DNA of 64,000 nt from an uncultured Nitrososphaerales archaeon. Its GTDB lineage: Archaea; Thermoproteota; Nitrososphaeria; Nitrososphaerales; Nitrososphaeraceae. The notes under the pieces are model-generated. The model worked only from the letters and a program-made list of their open reading frames with translations, did not search any database and was not told the origin of the DNA. The DNA lies in assembly GCA_963713605.1 (NCBI GenBank), contig CAVQMO010000001.1, positions 416,001-480,000 on the forward strand, in the 5' to 3' direction. How positions within the stretch are numbered: position 1 is the first letter of the stretch; each line of letters starts with the position of its first letter. The translations under genes were made by a program, and so were the position numbers. Shown here piece after piece: positions 53,851 to 64,000 of this stretch.

Positions 53851-54648
53851 TTATGAATTCAGTGGAGTATCATGGACCAACTCATATTTTGATTTGTACC
53901 CTCTTGGGTTTATCATAAGATCGCGATATGTGAAGGTTGAAGTATTCCCTACGATGACTGTAGTTATCATGCCCATAATTTGCTGATGTTCTGGTTCAAG
54001 CAATCTTTGCAAATCAGTAATTACAACGGTTTGGCTCTCTCGATAGGCACCTCTTATTATGGCTACTGGAGTCTCCTGACTTCTGTATTTTAAGAATATT
54101 TCTCGGGTGTCTCTTAACTGGTGAACCCTCCTTTTACTAGTCGGATTATAAATGACCGTCACAAAGTCTCCTCTCGCTGCGGCTTCTACTCTTTTTACTA
54201 TAATTTCCCAAGGGACAAGTAGGTCACTCATACTAACTACCGCAAAGTCAGTCATTAAGGGAGAGCCAACTAACGCCGCACAGGAATTCAGAGAGGAAAC
54301 TCCGGGTACGCATTCTACATAGATTCCACTATCACGCTCCCAGTTTCGCTCGGCGAGAATTTCATAGACGAGGCCTATCATGCCATAAATTCCAGGATCA
54401 CCTGAAGATACAAGGGACACTTTCTTACCTCCTTCAGCTGTCCTAATTGCCTGATTAGCACGATCAACCTCTTGGGTCATTGGATATCTGTGAATCTCCT
54501 TCCCGACAACTAGATCCTCTATCAAGGTGATATAAGTGTCATAACCGATTATAACATCGCTTGCTGTGATGACTTCTTTCGCACGATAGGTCATTTGGTT
54601 ATGATCTCCAGGACCTATCCCTACGACGAACAGTTGGCCTCTTACCAT
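53851..54648 (-). CDS. cobJ: Precorrin-3B C17-methyltransferase (CobJ/CbiH)
   Basis: VVGIGPG, VSSGDPGIYGM, SMSDLLVPW, YNP, NPRGY. Confidence 0.93.
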   Translation of the reverse strand: MVRGQLFVVGIGPGDHNQMTYRAKEVITASDVIIGYDTYITLIEDLVVGKEIHRYPMTQEVDRANQAIRTAEGGKKVSLVSSGDPGIYGMIGLVYEILAERNWERDSGIYVECVPGVSSLNSCAALVGSPLMTDFAVVSMSDLLVPWEIIVKRVEAAARGDFVTVIYNPTSKRRVHQLRDTREIFLKYRSQETPVAIIRGAYRESQTVVITDLQRLLEPEHQQIMGMITTVIVGNTSTFTYRDLMINPRGYKSKYELVHDTPLNS

Positions 54649-54723
54649 GTTCAACATCTAATCATCATATTAATTTATCCTTTGCTCGAAGAGCACCAAA
54701 AAAAGGAAGCAAATGTAGTGGTA

Positions 54724-56137
54724 TCAGGAATTGTTGAGCTCGAATTCTCCATGAATTGTTCTTACCACTTCCACACAATCGCTGTCATTCACTACGAAAG
54801 CAAGATTCAATTCGGAAGATCCTTGTGTTATCATAATTACGTTGATATTCTTATTGCCAACAGCGCCAAATACCCTTGCTGCCACCCCCTTAATACCTCG
54901 CATTCCTGAACCTACGACTGCAATGACTGCAACGTCTTCTTTCACATCAATTTTCTTAATCACTCTACCAAGCAATGACAATTCCAAAGTGCTTGTTGCC
55001 TTATGAAGCACTTCTTTCTTAACAACCATTGAAATACTCGATTCAGACGGGCTCTGGGAAATCATCATGATGTTTACTTTATTTTTAGCCAGGGTATCGA
55101 AGATTCTTCCAGCAGTCCCTGGCGCACCAACCATTCCAACCCCACTTACATCTATCAAGGCGGTGTGTCGAATAGAACTTATTGCTTTGACTATTTTGTG
55201 GGAATCCTTACTCGGATTATTAACTACTAATGTGCCGTCGTCATCTATCTTCATGAAATTTCTAATCCTCATTGGGATGTTGGACTCGATAGCAGGCTCT
55301 AACGCTCTTGGATGCATGTATTTGGCGCCAAACAGTGCCATTTCTAATGCTTCCGCAAATGACGCTTCGCGAATAACTCTTGCATCGCTGACAATTTTCG
55401 GATCAGCTGTCATTAATCCATCTACGTCACTCCACAACCATACCTCGTCTGCTTTGGAACCTGCGCCTATTATCGTTGCCGAGTAATCGGAGCCTCCTCT
55501 ACCGATGGTAGTTATGTTACCAAACTGGTCGGCCCCAATGAAACCAGTGATAACAGGGATTATTTTTTTAGCTAGCAATGGTTTCAGCTTGTGAGAGACC
55601 TTCAGCTTGGTAGTATCCATCAAGGGGAGTGCTTCCCCAAAATTGGAATCAGTCACTATGCCTGCATCATTGCCCACAAGAAATTCTGAACTTCCTCCAA
55701 TATCCCTAATCGCGACGGACACAATAAATGTTGAAAGCCTCTCCCCGAATGACAGCAAATAATCGAGCATCTTTGGAGTGACTTCTCTCATCGGCAACAT
55801 TCCATGAAGAACATTTTTAACAAGTTCAACAAGCTCACTTACAATATTATTTGCCTCTTTCTTATTCAGCTTCATCAAAAATACTCAAGTCTATAAGGGA
55901 TAGGTGTACTCGTTCCAGACGGTCGATAAACTGGTCCACACTTGTTTTATCTCCTCTTCTTACACTTTCTGCCACTGCTAGTATTTCATCAGTCATACCT
56001 TTAACAGCAGAGGTAACCAAAATAACATCAAATCCCATCTTCTGTTGATAATTCAGCGCCAAATTTGATACTTGTCTTATTCGTTCACCTGACTCGACCG
56101 CTGTTCCTCCAAATTTCATCACAACTAGCATGTCCAA
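54724..56137 (-). CDS. lysC: Aspartate kinase with two ACT domains, frameshift near 55875
   Basis: VMKFGGT, SFGERLS, GRGGSDYSA, SDVDG, ACT repeats. Confidence 0.94.
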
Positions 56138-56208
56138 GAAATCCTTGAATCCATAATCAAAAGATTATCTCAATGTGTTTGCACTCTGGCAACTTAATTA
56201 TCACTACT

Positions 56209-56961
56209 TCAATCTTGAACTCGAGGTGCAAGATAAAAATGTATTCTTCCGATGTTTGCAACCCTGAACTCAAGTCGTAATGGCATCTTGGTAGAATACT
56301 CGGCTATCACAGATCCACCGGTGTTTCCTATAGCTTTTATCATTCTTGATAGATAATCAAGACTATAAGTAGCACTACTACTTTCTTTGACAGTAAGATC
56401 TTCTAGCCCTTCACTAGATTGATCCAAGGTGATGCTCGCTTCGCCTGAATCTCCTTTTCCGGTAAAGACAATTTTTGTTTGCTCTGATCCCAAAGTAATA
56501 TATTCAGATACCACTTGAATGTCTGAAAATACTCTATCCAGAGTAGTAGAGCTTAGAACAACCCTGGAGTTAAAATTCAATTTTGGAAGTGGAGTTGAAC
56601 CAGAAGAACTTTCTATGAGTCGCATTTTATATTCTCTGCTGTAGCCGTTTTTAATCCTAATTACTAATGTGGAGTTCTCCCCAATAGAAACCTCAACTGT
56701 ATCCTTTTTGTCTCCTCGTCTTATCAATTTAGAAAATTCATCAATCCTTACACCAAATTTAATCGAATCATTGCATTGAAATTTTTGGAAGGCTGAATTG
56801 GGCCAGTGTATATCAATAAGCGCTACATGAGAAGGATCCATCCCTCTGAATAGAAGTCCCTCAACATTGGCTTCAAAGGTAGCCTCATCTACAAGGGTAG
56901 AGATTGCAGACGTTACCACTTTCCATTCGTCGGGAGAGTTTGTACTAACACTGAATGTCAA
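56209..56961 (-). CDS. pcn: DNA polymerase sliding clamp PCNA
   Basis: MDPSHVALI, YSLDYL, FYLAPR. Confidence 0.96.
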   Translation of the reverse strand: MTFSVSTNSPDEWKVVTSAISTLVDEATFEANVEGLLFRGMDPSHVALIDIHWPNSAFQKFQCNDSIKFGVRIDEFSKLIRRGDKKDTVEVSIGENSTLVIRIKNGYSREYKMRLIESSSGSTPLPKLNFNSRVVLSSTTLDRVFSDIQVVSEYITLGSEQTKIVFTGKGDSGEASITLDQSSEGLEDLTVKESSSATYSLDYLSRMIKAIGNTGGSVIAEYSTKMPLRLEFRVANIGRIHFYLAPRVQD

Positions 56962-57065
56962 TATTTATGATTACCGCTATCATCTATCAACTTTAAACAT
57001 TGCTGCCTTGACCATTAGGCCGACAATTCGATCTAGAAATACGTAACCGAACCGAACGGCCTTCA

Positions 57066-57419
57066 TCATGAATAATTCCTCCAAGTGTAGCTACATTCAG
57101 TACACCTATAGAACTGTGTAGTTGCCTCATCGGCAGACCTGGTCTGCAACATCCACCAAAAAGCAGTCATATTTCCACATTTTGCACATTGAATGGTAGT
57201 TGTCGGCATGGCATTTGGTGCATCAGAATCCATGACTTTGAGCGAACTTTTTGGAATATTCTCTGATCTTGCTTGCTTGGATTGAAGCATTTCTTGATCC
57301 TGAGATAAAAATTTACCCTGTTCCGCATATCCACATTTTGGACATTTTACTGTACCCTCTTCAGTCATTGTCTTCATACGTGACTCGCAGCTAGGACAAA
57401 ACTTCAGCTTGGCTATCAC
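57066..57419 (-). CDS. tfs: Transcription factor S (TFS / RpoM-like)
   Basis: FCPSC...CPKC and CAKC...QTRSADE..TQFYRCTEC. Confidence 0.94.
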   Translation of the reverse strand: MIAKLKFCPSCESRMKTMTEEGTVKCPKCGYAEQGKFLSQDQEMLQSKQARSENIPKSSLKVMDSDAPNAMPTTTIQCAKCGNMTAFWWMLQTRSADEATTQFYRCTECSYTWRNYS

Positions 57420-57421
57420 CT

Positions 57422-57700
57422 TCAGGATTTTAGTTGAGTCTTAATAGTCGAACCTAATTCTTCCAAGAAATTACTTGCGTTGGCTGATGCTTCCTTTAGT
57501 GCTATTGCAGGATCTTCTTTTTTTGTGACAATCCTCATAATGTAGTCTCTTATAAGTGGGTGTTTCAGTATAACTCCCGCAAAGTCAATATCCTTTTTAC
57601 TAAGAAGTTCATGCTGGATAATCAGCATCACAGAAATATCTTCGTCCCTTAGTTTTAGCTCCAAGGTATTAGCATTACTCTCAATTACTTCTGCAAGCAT
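57422..57700 (-). CDS. rpo11: RNA polymerase subunit Rpo11 (RpoL)
   Basis: LELKLRDED...FAG...HPL; upstream of tfs-pcn; start at MLAEV. Confidence 0.88.
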   Translation of the reverse strand: MLAEVIESNANTLELKLRDEDISVMLIIQHELLSKKDIDFAGVILKHPLIRDYIMRIVTKKEDPAIALKEASANASNFLEELGSTIKTQLKS

Positions 57701-58373
57701 ACGATAGAGACAACTACTTATTGAAGATATAAATGATCTCCTGATATTGCCGATGTTGAACAGTCGGGGAAATTTCATTTCGGAAACAAAGTTAGAAACT
57801 GTCCAAGAAAAGGAAGATTCTACTAATGTAGGACAGGCTAAGACTTAGTCTTTAGTATAACCGGGAGCATCAGAAGCGCATTTAATCAATCGAGTTGGGA
57901 GAGGGCGTACAACAAGCATGATAATTCATTTCGTCTTAAAATACGCATTGCCATTAAGATCAATAACCAAACAATCCTTACTAAAGAATATGTAAGGAAA
58001 GCTGTTCTGTTTTGGACCAGGAACCCCAAGATCCCATTTAGGATCTGGATATTCATAGTCACAAGAAGACATGCCATTATATCCTCTTTCAGTTGAAGAA
58101 GCTCAATCACTTATGTTTGACGTCAAGAAAACCATAGAGGTCGATGGAGATCGACGAGGCGGGTCAAAAAATGGTGAGACCCATGCGGAGATCCGAGTTT
58201 CATGGGGAAGGCACGATTTTACCGAGCCAGTAGAGTTGTCGGCCAAATCCAATTCAACAAGACTAGATTGAATTCATGTCGTTTATTTAGCCGCTTGGAC
58301 CCCAATTGTACGAAATACCTAGATCCTGTCTATTAATTAGAATGCTAGGTAGGTATACTGTGGATCGCTTTTT

Positions 58374-58520
58374 CTATTCTGGCACCGATTCGCAGACTAT
58401 GCGCCCATTTTCTAGCCTGACAAATAGATATCGGTTGTCCTTAAAAATTAGCGTTAATTCGGAGTCGGACTGTTCAACATCAAGTAATTCCTGACCCTTT
58501 ATCCCATCAAATTTTGCCAT
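58374..58520 (-). CDS. Hypothetical 48-aa protein
   Basis: Manual translation MAKFDGIKGQELLDVEQSDSELTLIFKDNRYLFVRLENGRIVCESVPE; TATA-like TTTAATATA ~25 nt upstream; not in ORF track. Confidence 0.65.
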   Translation of the reverse strand: MAKFDGIKGQELLDVEQSDSELTLIFKDNRYLFVRLENGRIVCESVPE

Positions 58521-58710
58521 AAGTATTTAGTGTTCTCGACCAGATATATTAAATTAGATCCTGACTGTACATTGGTTGAAATGCCCCTAACAGATACTTG
58601 GGTCATTGAAGACGGTAACTTTTCGGAATTTTTCCTTTGTGACTCATCATATGTCCTGCATCCTACAGGAGGATGGCTGAGAAATTGGCAGGAAGGTTCG
58701 AGTTAGATAT

Positions 58711-60012
58711 TTGAGAATAAGCGATTTATTATCTTCAGATTACATTGGGAAAGAGGTGACCCTGCGAGGTTGGGTGTATAGGTTAAGAAAGCAAAAGGGA
58801 AACGCTTTCGTGCTTCTCAGAGATGATCGTGGATCTATCATACAATGTGTTTTCCCTTCATCTAAGTTAGACAACGTAACAAGGGAGTCATCTGTGCAAA
58901 TTTCTGGTATAGTAAAACACGATGCTCGCGCTCCAGAAGGGGGGATCGAGATAACTGGGACCGATCTCAAGATCTTTCAAGTTTCGGAAAAGGATTATCC
59001 TCTTGGTGAGTATCAAAGCGCAGAGTTACTCCTAGATAACAGACACCTCGCCTTGCGCACGAGGAAAATGGTAGAAATTGCTAAGATTAGAGCGTCGATG
59101 TTTAAGTTTCTCAGACTATGGTTTTCGGACAATGAATGGATGGAAATAACCCCGCCGCTAATTGTAAAGGGTTCCGTAGAGGGTGGATCAACTCTCTTCA
59201 AACTAAATTACTTTGATGACGTGGCATTCCTGTCACAGAGTGCACAGCTTTATCTAGAGGCAATGATTTTCTCTCTGGGTCCTGTATGGAGTCTTACTTC
59301 TTCCTTTAGAGCGGAACGATCTAGAACTGTTAGGCATTTGGCGGAATTTTCACATCTGGAGTGCGAGTCTCCATGGGTGTCCCTTAGAGATCTTCTACAA
59401 ATCCAAGAGGACCTTGTCAGGTATACGATTGAAAAGACTATCAATGAACGAAAAGATTCATTGAAATTTCTCAAAATAGACATTAGCCGGTTTAGAAATC
59501 TTACAGAACCATTTCACAAAATTACCTACGATCAAGCCATTGAAAAGCTGGAATCATTTGATTTCCAGATTACTGAACTCGAAGGAAAATCTAGAGCTAT
59601 TCAATGGGGAGATGATTTGAACATTGACTCCGAAAGGGAATTAACTAGGAAAATGATGACCCCCTTGTTCATCACTGGATACCCTACCAAGGTAAAACCT
59701 TTCTATGTCAAAGAGAACCCAGATCGGTCCGGAACAAGTCTCACTTACGATCTCTTGGGACCGCAAGGGTATGGAGAGATGAGTAGTGGAGGCATGAGAG
59801 AAGACAACCTCACTACATTGTCCAACAGGATTGAGCAAGCAGGACTTAACACTATTGATTACAAATGGTATCTTGATTTGAGGAAATATGGATCGGTAGA
59901 ACATGGAGGATTTGGGATGGGTATCGAAAGGGTGCTGAGATGGTTTATGGGCATCGAGGATATCAAGGATTCAGTCCTGTTCCCTCGGACCATGTCCAGA
60001 GTCAGTCCTTAG
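58711..60012 (+). CDS. asnS: Asparagine--tRNA ligase
   Basis: OB fold (LRGWV), LSQSAQLYLE (AsnRS-type; AspRS typically QSPQLYKQ), FRAERSRT.RHL, WYLDLRKYGS. Confidence 0.85.
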   Translation: MRISDLLSSDYIGKEVTLRGWVYRLRKQKGNAFVLLRDDRGSIIQCVFPSSKLDNVTRESSVQISGIVKHDARAPEGGIEITGTDLKIFQVSEKDYPLGEYQSAELLLDNRHLALRTRKMVEIAKIRASMFKFLRLWFSDNEWMEITPPLIVKGSVEGGSTLFKLNYFDDVAFLSQSAQLYLEAMIFSLGPVWSLTSSFRAERSRTVRHLAEFSHLECESPWVSLRDLLQIQEDLVRYTIEKTINERKDSLKFLKIDISRFRNLTEPFHKITYDQAIEKLESFDFQITELEGKSRAIQWGDDLNIDSERELTRKMMTPLFITGYPTKVKPFYVKENPDRSGTSLTYDLLGPQGYGEMSSGGMREDNLTTLSNRIEQAGLNTIDYKWYLDLRKYGSVEHGGFGMGIERVLRWFMGIEDIKDSVLFPRTMSRVSP

Positions 60013-60116
60013 CAGGGCAATTTTCATCAAGGGCTCAGTGATCATGAACAAAATTCTAATTGTTTGCTTTGAACTTGTCAAGTTTAAATTTTAGGCACAC
60101 GGTCAGTGATCGATGC

Positions 60117-60925
60117 ATGGGGAGCGCGAGGAGGAAGTTAACTCCTTGTTTTTCGAACTGGCTGGAGATCTTCCGGTTTTCTACTTTAATGAAACTTAGA
60201 AGCAGATCTTACCGTCTATCTCAACTTGCTGAAGAGCTCAATGCAACGATGCAGGAAACGCATAGAAACATCTCAAGACTTATATCCTCAAATCTCGTTA
60301 CAAAGGGACTTGAAGGAGACCTCTTACTGACGCCATATGGAGAATTAATTGTTTCTCTAATTCCAAGCTACGCCTTCATGTTTCAGAATAGAGAGTATTT
60401 CAATGATCATACATTTAGGTGATCTCCCATTGCAATTTGTTCTTAGGATAGGTTCCCTCGCAGAATGTGAGGTTGTTAATGGTGTTATGGCTATACTCCA
60501 AAGGTGGAAGTATATATTTTTGAATTCAAAGGAGTACATCAAAGAAATAATCTCAGAAGTACCGGTCGACCTTATTGAGACACTTAGTTCACGCATTCAA
60601 AGTGGCGTAAAATTTTCCTACATATTCCCTCGAGATCCAGTGGTTCCGAAGGGAAGGAGTGAAATCTTGGAAAGAATAGGCTGGCGAAGCTTAATTTCTA
60701 AAGGGATGGTTGAAAGAAGAATGCTTGATACCGTCAAGTTAGTCTTGATATTTAACGAACGACAATCCTGTGTTGCATTCCCTAGATCTGAAAGGAAGGC
60801 CCGACTTAAATATGGTATACTATAGTGATAGGAATGAATTTCATGAATGGTGCGAGGATTACTTCACATACCAGTGGAACCGAGCTGGAGTGTTCGACGA
60901 GAGTAAATTGCCACACGAGATCTGA
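60117..60925 (+). CDS. Winged-helix transcriptional regulator (ArsR-like HTH plus C-terminal domain), several frameshifts
   Basis: LSQLAEELNATMQETHRNISRL...LTPYG; HT..DLP..F..RIG; last frame FHEWCEDYF..QW, stop at 60925. Confidence 0.7.
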
Positions 60926-61175
60926 AGACCTAGAATTAGGTACTAGATTGTAATTTACCTATGGAACGAAATGAAACTTACTCTAGTATTCTATGCTTCG
61001 TGAGTCTGAAGGTCCGATATTATGTTGTTACTCCCTTTCTACAGTAGTGGCTCGGGAAAGCAGGATGTAAGGGGCGACCGGTTATTTTAGAATGCGTTTA
61101 ACTATTCCATGATAAAATACCATAAATTGAACTCATCTACATGTTTTTATACACCAGCAAAGACTATCTAGGTGT

Positions 61176-61407
61176 ATGCCACAGGCCTTTGTACTGATGA
61201 ATGCAGAACTGGGAAGTGAAGACTCTATTGTTACCGAGCTCAATAAACTTGAAGGTGTAAGAGAGGTTTACCAGGTTTATGGCGTCTATGATATCGTGGC
61301 ACAAGTTGAAGCTGACACAATGGAGAAGGTTAAAGAAACTATCACGTGGAAGCTGAAGAAAGCTCAATGGGGTCAAATCCACGTTAACAATGATAGTGAT
61401 GGACTAA
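61176..61407 (+). CDS. Lrp/AsnC ligand-binding (RAM) domain protein, frameshift near 61355
   Basis: AFVLMNAELG...VYGVYDIVA...; corrected end LNGVKSTLTMIVMD. Confidence 0.9.
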
Positions 61408-61540
61408 GGCAGACGACTAATTTGTAGGAATGTATTTCTAGCACTGACAAGCTTCGGAAGAATTGTCCAAACTTTTTTGGGAAAATAGACTACACAAGGT
61501 TAAAGAAGTTGTATTGCATTGTTAAATATCGATCGATCAT

Positions 61541-61705
61541 ATGATTTTGTTCAGAAGGAAGAATGAAGAAGGATTGAATGAATTCAAATGCAAGTACTGT
61601 GACATGAAATTCGATGATAGAGAGCGGTTAAAGAGGCATTCTCGAAAAGCACACTCTGAGAACGAGGACTTTACTCCTAACGCAAATCCGTTTGGCGGAT
61701 TTTAG
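61541..61705 (+). CDS. Small C2H2 zinc-finger protein
   Basis: Manual translation MILFRRKNEEGLNEFKCKYCDMKFDDRERLKRHSRKAHSENEDFTPNANPFGGF (54 aa); not in ORF track. Confidence 0.85.
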   Translation: MILFRRKNEEGLNEFKCKYCDMKFDDRERLKRHSRKAHSENEDFTPNANPFGGF

Positions 61706-61761
61706 TTAAATACGAATTTATCCCATTCCCAAGATGTAACAAGATCGTAATATGCTCACAT

Positions 61762-62733
61762 ATGTTCCCAATTCACGATGATACCCAAAGACTCCATGGA
61801 AGACCCTATGTCAATTATGGCCTGATCTTTGTTAACGTGGTGGTATTTATTTGGGAATTGTCGTTTACTAGTAACTTTACAGATCCAATCGCTACACAGG
61901 AATTATTTTATACGTATGGTGCTATTCCTCGTTTCGTACTCTCTGGGGATATCGTGTCCATCATTACGTCAATGTTTATGCATGGTGGAATCGCTCACAT
62001 CGCAGGCAATATGGTTTTTCTGTTCGTTTTTGGAGATAATATAGAAGACAGATTTGGACATCTGAAATACCTTCTAATATACCTATTATGGGGGATACTA
62101 TCAGCCTACTCCCACAGCTTGGTTGCGACTGACAGTACTAATGCATTGGTCCCTGCTGTTGGAGCATCGGGTGCTATTTCAGGTGTATTGGGAGCCTATT
62201 TAGTGATGTTTCCTAGAGCAAAAATATTCACAGTAGTAATTGCCTTCTTTGTCACGACTATTAGGATTCCAGCAATTGCATTCTTACCAATATGGTTTGT
62301 CATGCAATTAGCCTTCGGTTTTATATTCCCACAATCTGGAGGTATAGCATATTTTGCTCATATAGGAGGATTCGCAGCAGGATTGGTTACCGCTTATGTT
62401 TGGAGGCTATTAGCAAGTAACAGGGTCCGAGATATTCGTTCTCCTCCAATTAAGAAGATAGCATATGACAAACCTGAAAGTCAGTTGGTTAGAGGAGAAC
62501 CAGAGATTATCAAAGGGCCAGACTTTTACGAAATATTAGCGGAGGTTAAAGGTATTTCAGGTCTCGCCGACGTTACTGTGGATTTCGAACCTCAAAACAG
62601 TATAGTAAGGTTAACCGATAACAAGTCCAAAATTTCACGGATACTTGCCAATTTACCAGAAGATGCGTTGAAATATCAATTGCAAGAAATTGATTATCTC
62701 AATGGCATCATTCGCGTGAGGTTAAGTTTATAG
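61762..62733 (+). CDS. Rhomboid intramembrane serine protease with C-terminal Hsp20/alpha-crystallin-like domain
   Basis: SMFMHGG.AHIAGNM, GASGA, AYFAHIGG; C-terminal ILAEVKG...LP...YLNGIIRVRL. Confidence 0.9.
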   Translation: MFPIHDDTQRLHGRPYVNYGLIFVNVVVFIWELSFTSNFTDPIATQELFYTYGAIPRFVLSGDIVSIITSMFMHGGIAHIAGNMVFLFVFGDNIEDRFGHLKYLLIYLLWGILSAYSHSLVATDSTNALVPAVGASGAISGVLGAYLVMFPRAKIFTVVIAFFVTTIRIPAIAFLPIWFVMQLAFGFIFPQSGGIAYFAHIGGFAAGLVTAYVWRLLASNRVRDIRSPPIKKIAYDKPESQLVRGEPEIIKGPDFYEILAEVKGISGLADVTVDFEPQNSIVRLTDNKSKISRILANLPEDALKYQLQEIDYLNGIIRVRLSL

Positions 62734-62839
62734 TACGACAAAATCATGCGAATCTTCCTCAATACACTTGATTTCAAGATGAAAAATTCTGCAATCTAGT
62801 CAGGCCAAAAGTTTATAGATGCGGTTCTTGAGTCCTGTA

Positions 62840-63457
62840 ATGATGTCGCAGCAGACCCCTCCAAAATTGGGAGGTAAGGTTTCTAGGCGTGATTTCTTGA
62901 AATTAATGGCTGCTGCTGGTACCGTTTTAACATTTATACCGTTCGTTGATTGGGGTAAGTTTTTACCCAACCCCACCTCGCAAGTATCGGTAAGGGCTAA
63001 GGTGGAACTACCTGATGGGTCACAAGCTAGCATCGGCTCATTCCCAGTGAATCATTCTGAGGCCGTGATCTATCCCAAAACCGATGATCCTACTTTGAAT
63101 AAAGAAGCATTTAGAACCTGGCAGTTCATTAGGCTACCGGAGGAGTTAGGAGGAAGCAATAACGATGTTTCAGCTTTCAGAATGTATAGTATGGTATGTT
63201 TGCATTTGTGGTGTTTGTGGAAATATTGGCCTGAACCAGGAAGGAAAAGGGGAGAATGCCCTTGTCATGGCAGCCTATACGATCCGTTGACAGGTATGGC
63301 ATTTGCCGGACCGGCGTCCCTTCAATCGCCTCCTTCAAACGTATTACCAATGCTTGATTTAGAAGCAGATCAAAATGGAGCAATCTGGATTAAACCTCCA
63401 AACTGGAGTCCAAATGGTAATGGAGTAGTGGGATTTGGGCGCTACCTTAAAGAGTAA
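62840..63457 (+). CDS. petC: Rieske [2Fe-2S] subunit of complex III, Tat-exported
   Basis: SRRDFLK Tat motif, CLHLWC and CPCHGS boxes. Confidence 0.93.
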   Translation: MMSQQTPPKLGGKVSRRDFLKLMAAAGTVLTFIPFVDWGKFLPNPTSQVSVRAKVELPDGSQASIGSFPVNHSEAVIYPKTDDPTLNKEAFRTWQFIRLPEELGGSNNDVSAFRMYSMVCLHLWCLWKYWPEPGRKRGECPCHGSLYDPLTGMAFAGPASLQSPPSNVLPMLDLEADQNGAIWIKPPNWSPNGNGVVGFGRYLKE

Positions 63458-64000
63458 AAATAGCCTGGTCCAGTTCTGTAACTGGGTCTACGAAGGAGTA
63501 GACCGAACTATATTTATGGGGATGAAATTCACTATTCCCTCGAGATTCGTCAGTCCTCTTGGCTTTCTAGGGATGTTAACATTTGTCATATTCATCATCC
63601 TAGGTATAACTGGCGCGCTTTTGATGTTGTGGTACGAACCTATCCTGGATAGGGCTTGGGACAGTGTTGAAAGAATTAATGAGACCATCCCATTTGGATT
63701 TCATTTACGTAATATTCATTATCACGCTTCCAACGCAATGGTGATGGTAGCATTGCTTCATATGTATTACCAATATTTCAGTGGCCGCTACAAGATTCGG
63801 AATGAAATCCTTTGGGTAACCGGAATCATATTAGGGGTTCTTACCATACTCGAAGCTTTTACAGGGTATGACATCATATTTAGCGAACGTGCTGAGCTCG
63901 CGATCTCTATTGCAGCTTCATTAACTAATTCTATCCCTGTTTTGGGACCTGATATGAGGGAAGCGTTTTTTGGAGGAGGCTTTTCCGACTTTATCTTGAG
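63435..64000 (+). CDS. petB: Cytochrome b subunit of complex III, runs off the window edge
   Basis: Manual translation from TTG: SPLGFLGMLT...GITGALL...RNIHYHASN...LLHM...WVTG...FTGY; overlaps the Rieske gene. Confidence 0.93.
   Translation, partial: MGATLKSKNSLVQFCNWVYEGVDRTIFMGMKFTIPSRFVSPLGFLGMLTFVIFIILGITGALLMLWYEPILDRAWDSVERINETIPFGFHLRNIHYHASNAMVMVALLHMYYQYFSGRYKIRNEILWVTGIILGVLTILEAFTGYDIIFSERAELAISIAASLTNSIPVLGPDMREAFFGGGFSDFIL

Noticed and set aside
57845..58271. Short ORFs between rpo11 and the 48-aa gene
   Set aside because: Several competing short frames, none with a motif; cannot choose one.
1..64000. CRISPR arrays, rRNA, transposases, defence systems; also the many short antisense ORFs in the track
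   Set aside because: No regularly spaced repeats or diagnostic motifs seen; the antisense ORFs are shadows of well-supported genes.

Overview
Core-genome segment of an archaeon, most consistent with a Nitrososphaeraceae-type thaumarchaeote (Nitrososphaerota). The lineage call is an inference from archaeal informational genes (rpl7ae-rps28e-rpl24e-ndk-aIF5B, PCNA, TFS, Rpo11, Alba, Sm, archease), a copper-rich heme-copper oxidase cluster with blue-copper proteins and no cytochrome c, sdhACDB, a Rieske/cytochrome b pair, an F420 enzyme and a cobalamin gene. The window holds about 65 CDS and 4 tRNAs, two of them with non-canonical introns. I saw no CRISPR array, rRNA or transposase. Roughly 20 genes, several essential, are broken by frameshifts; those I traced were single-base insertions, most likely sequencing errors, so they are reported as whole CDS. 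Most notable: (i) a 272-bp, 2-mismatch cupredoxin module shared by coxB and a separate blue-copper gene in the same cluster; (ii) a GcvH/LbpA-like-TusA fusion with Arg in place of the lipoyl-Lys, next to a rhodanese; (iii) an HtpX-PspAB/PspAA-PspA stress locus whose PspAA has a very basic tail; (iv) tRNA-Leu with two insertions and tRNA-Gln with a 10/11 intron; (v) a kink-turn in the rpl7ae leader; (vi) a modular subtilase with a free-standing I9 propeptide-like partner.
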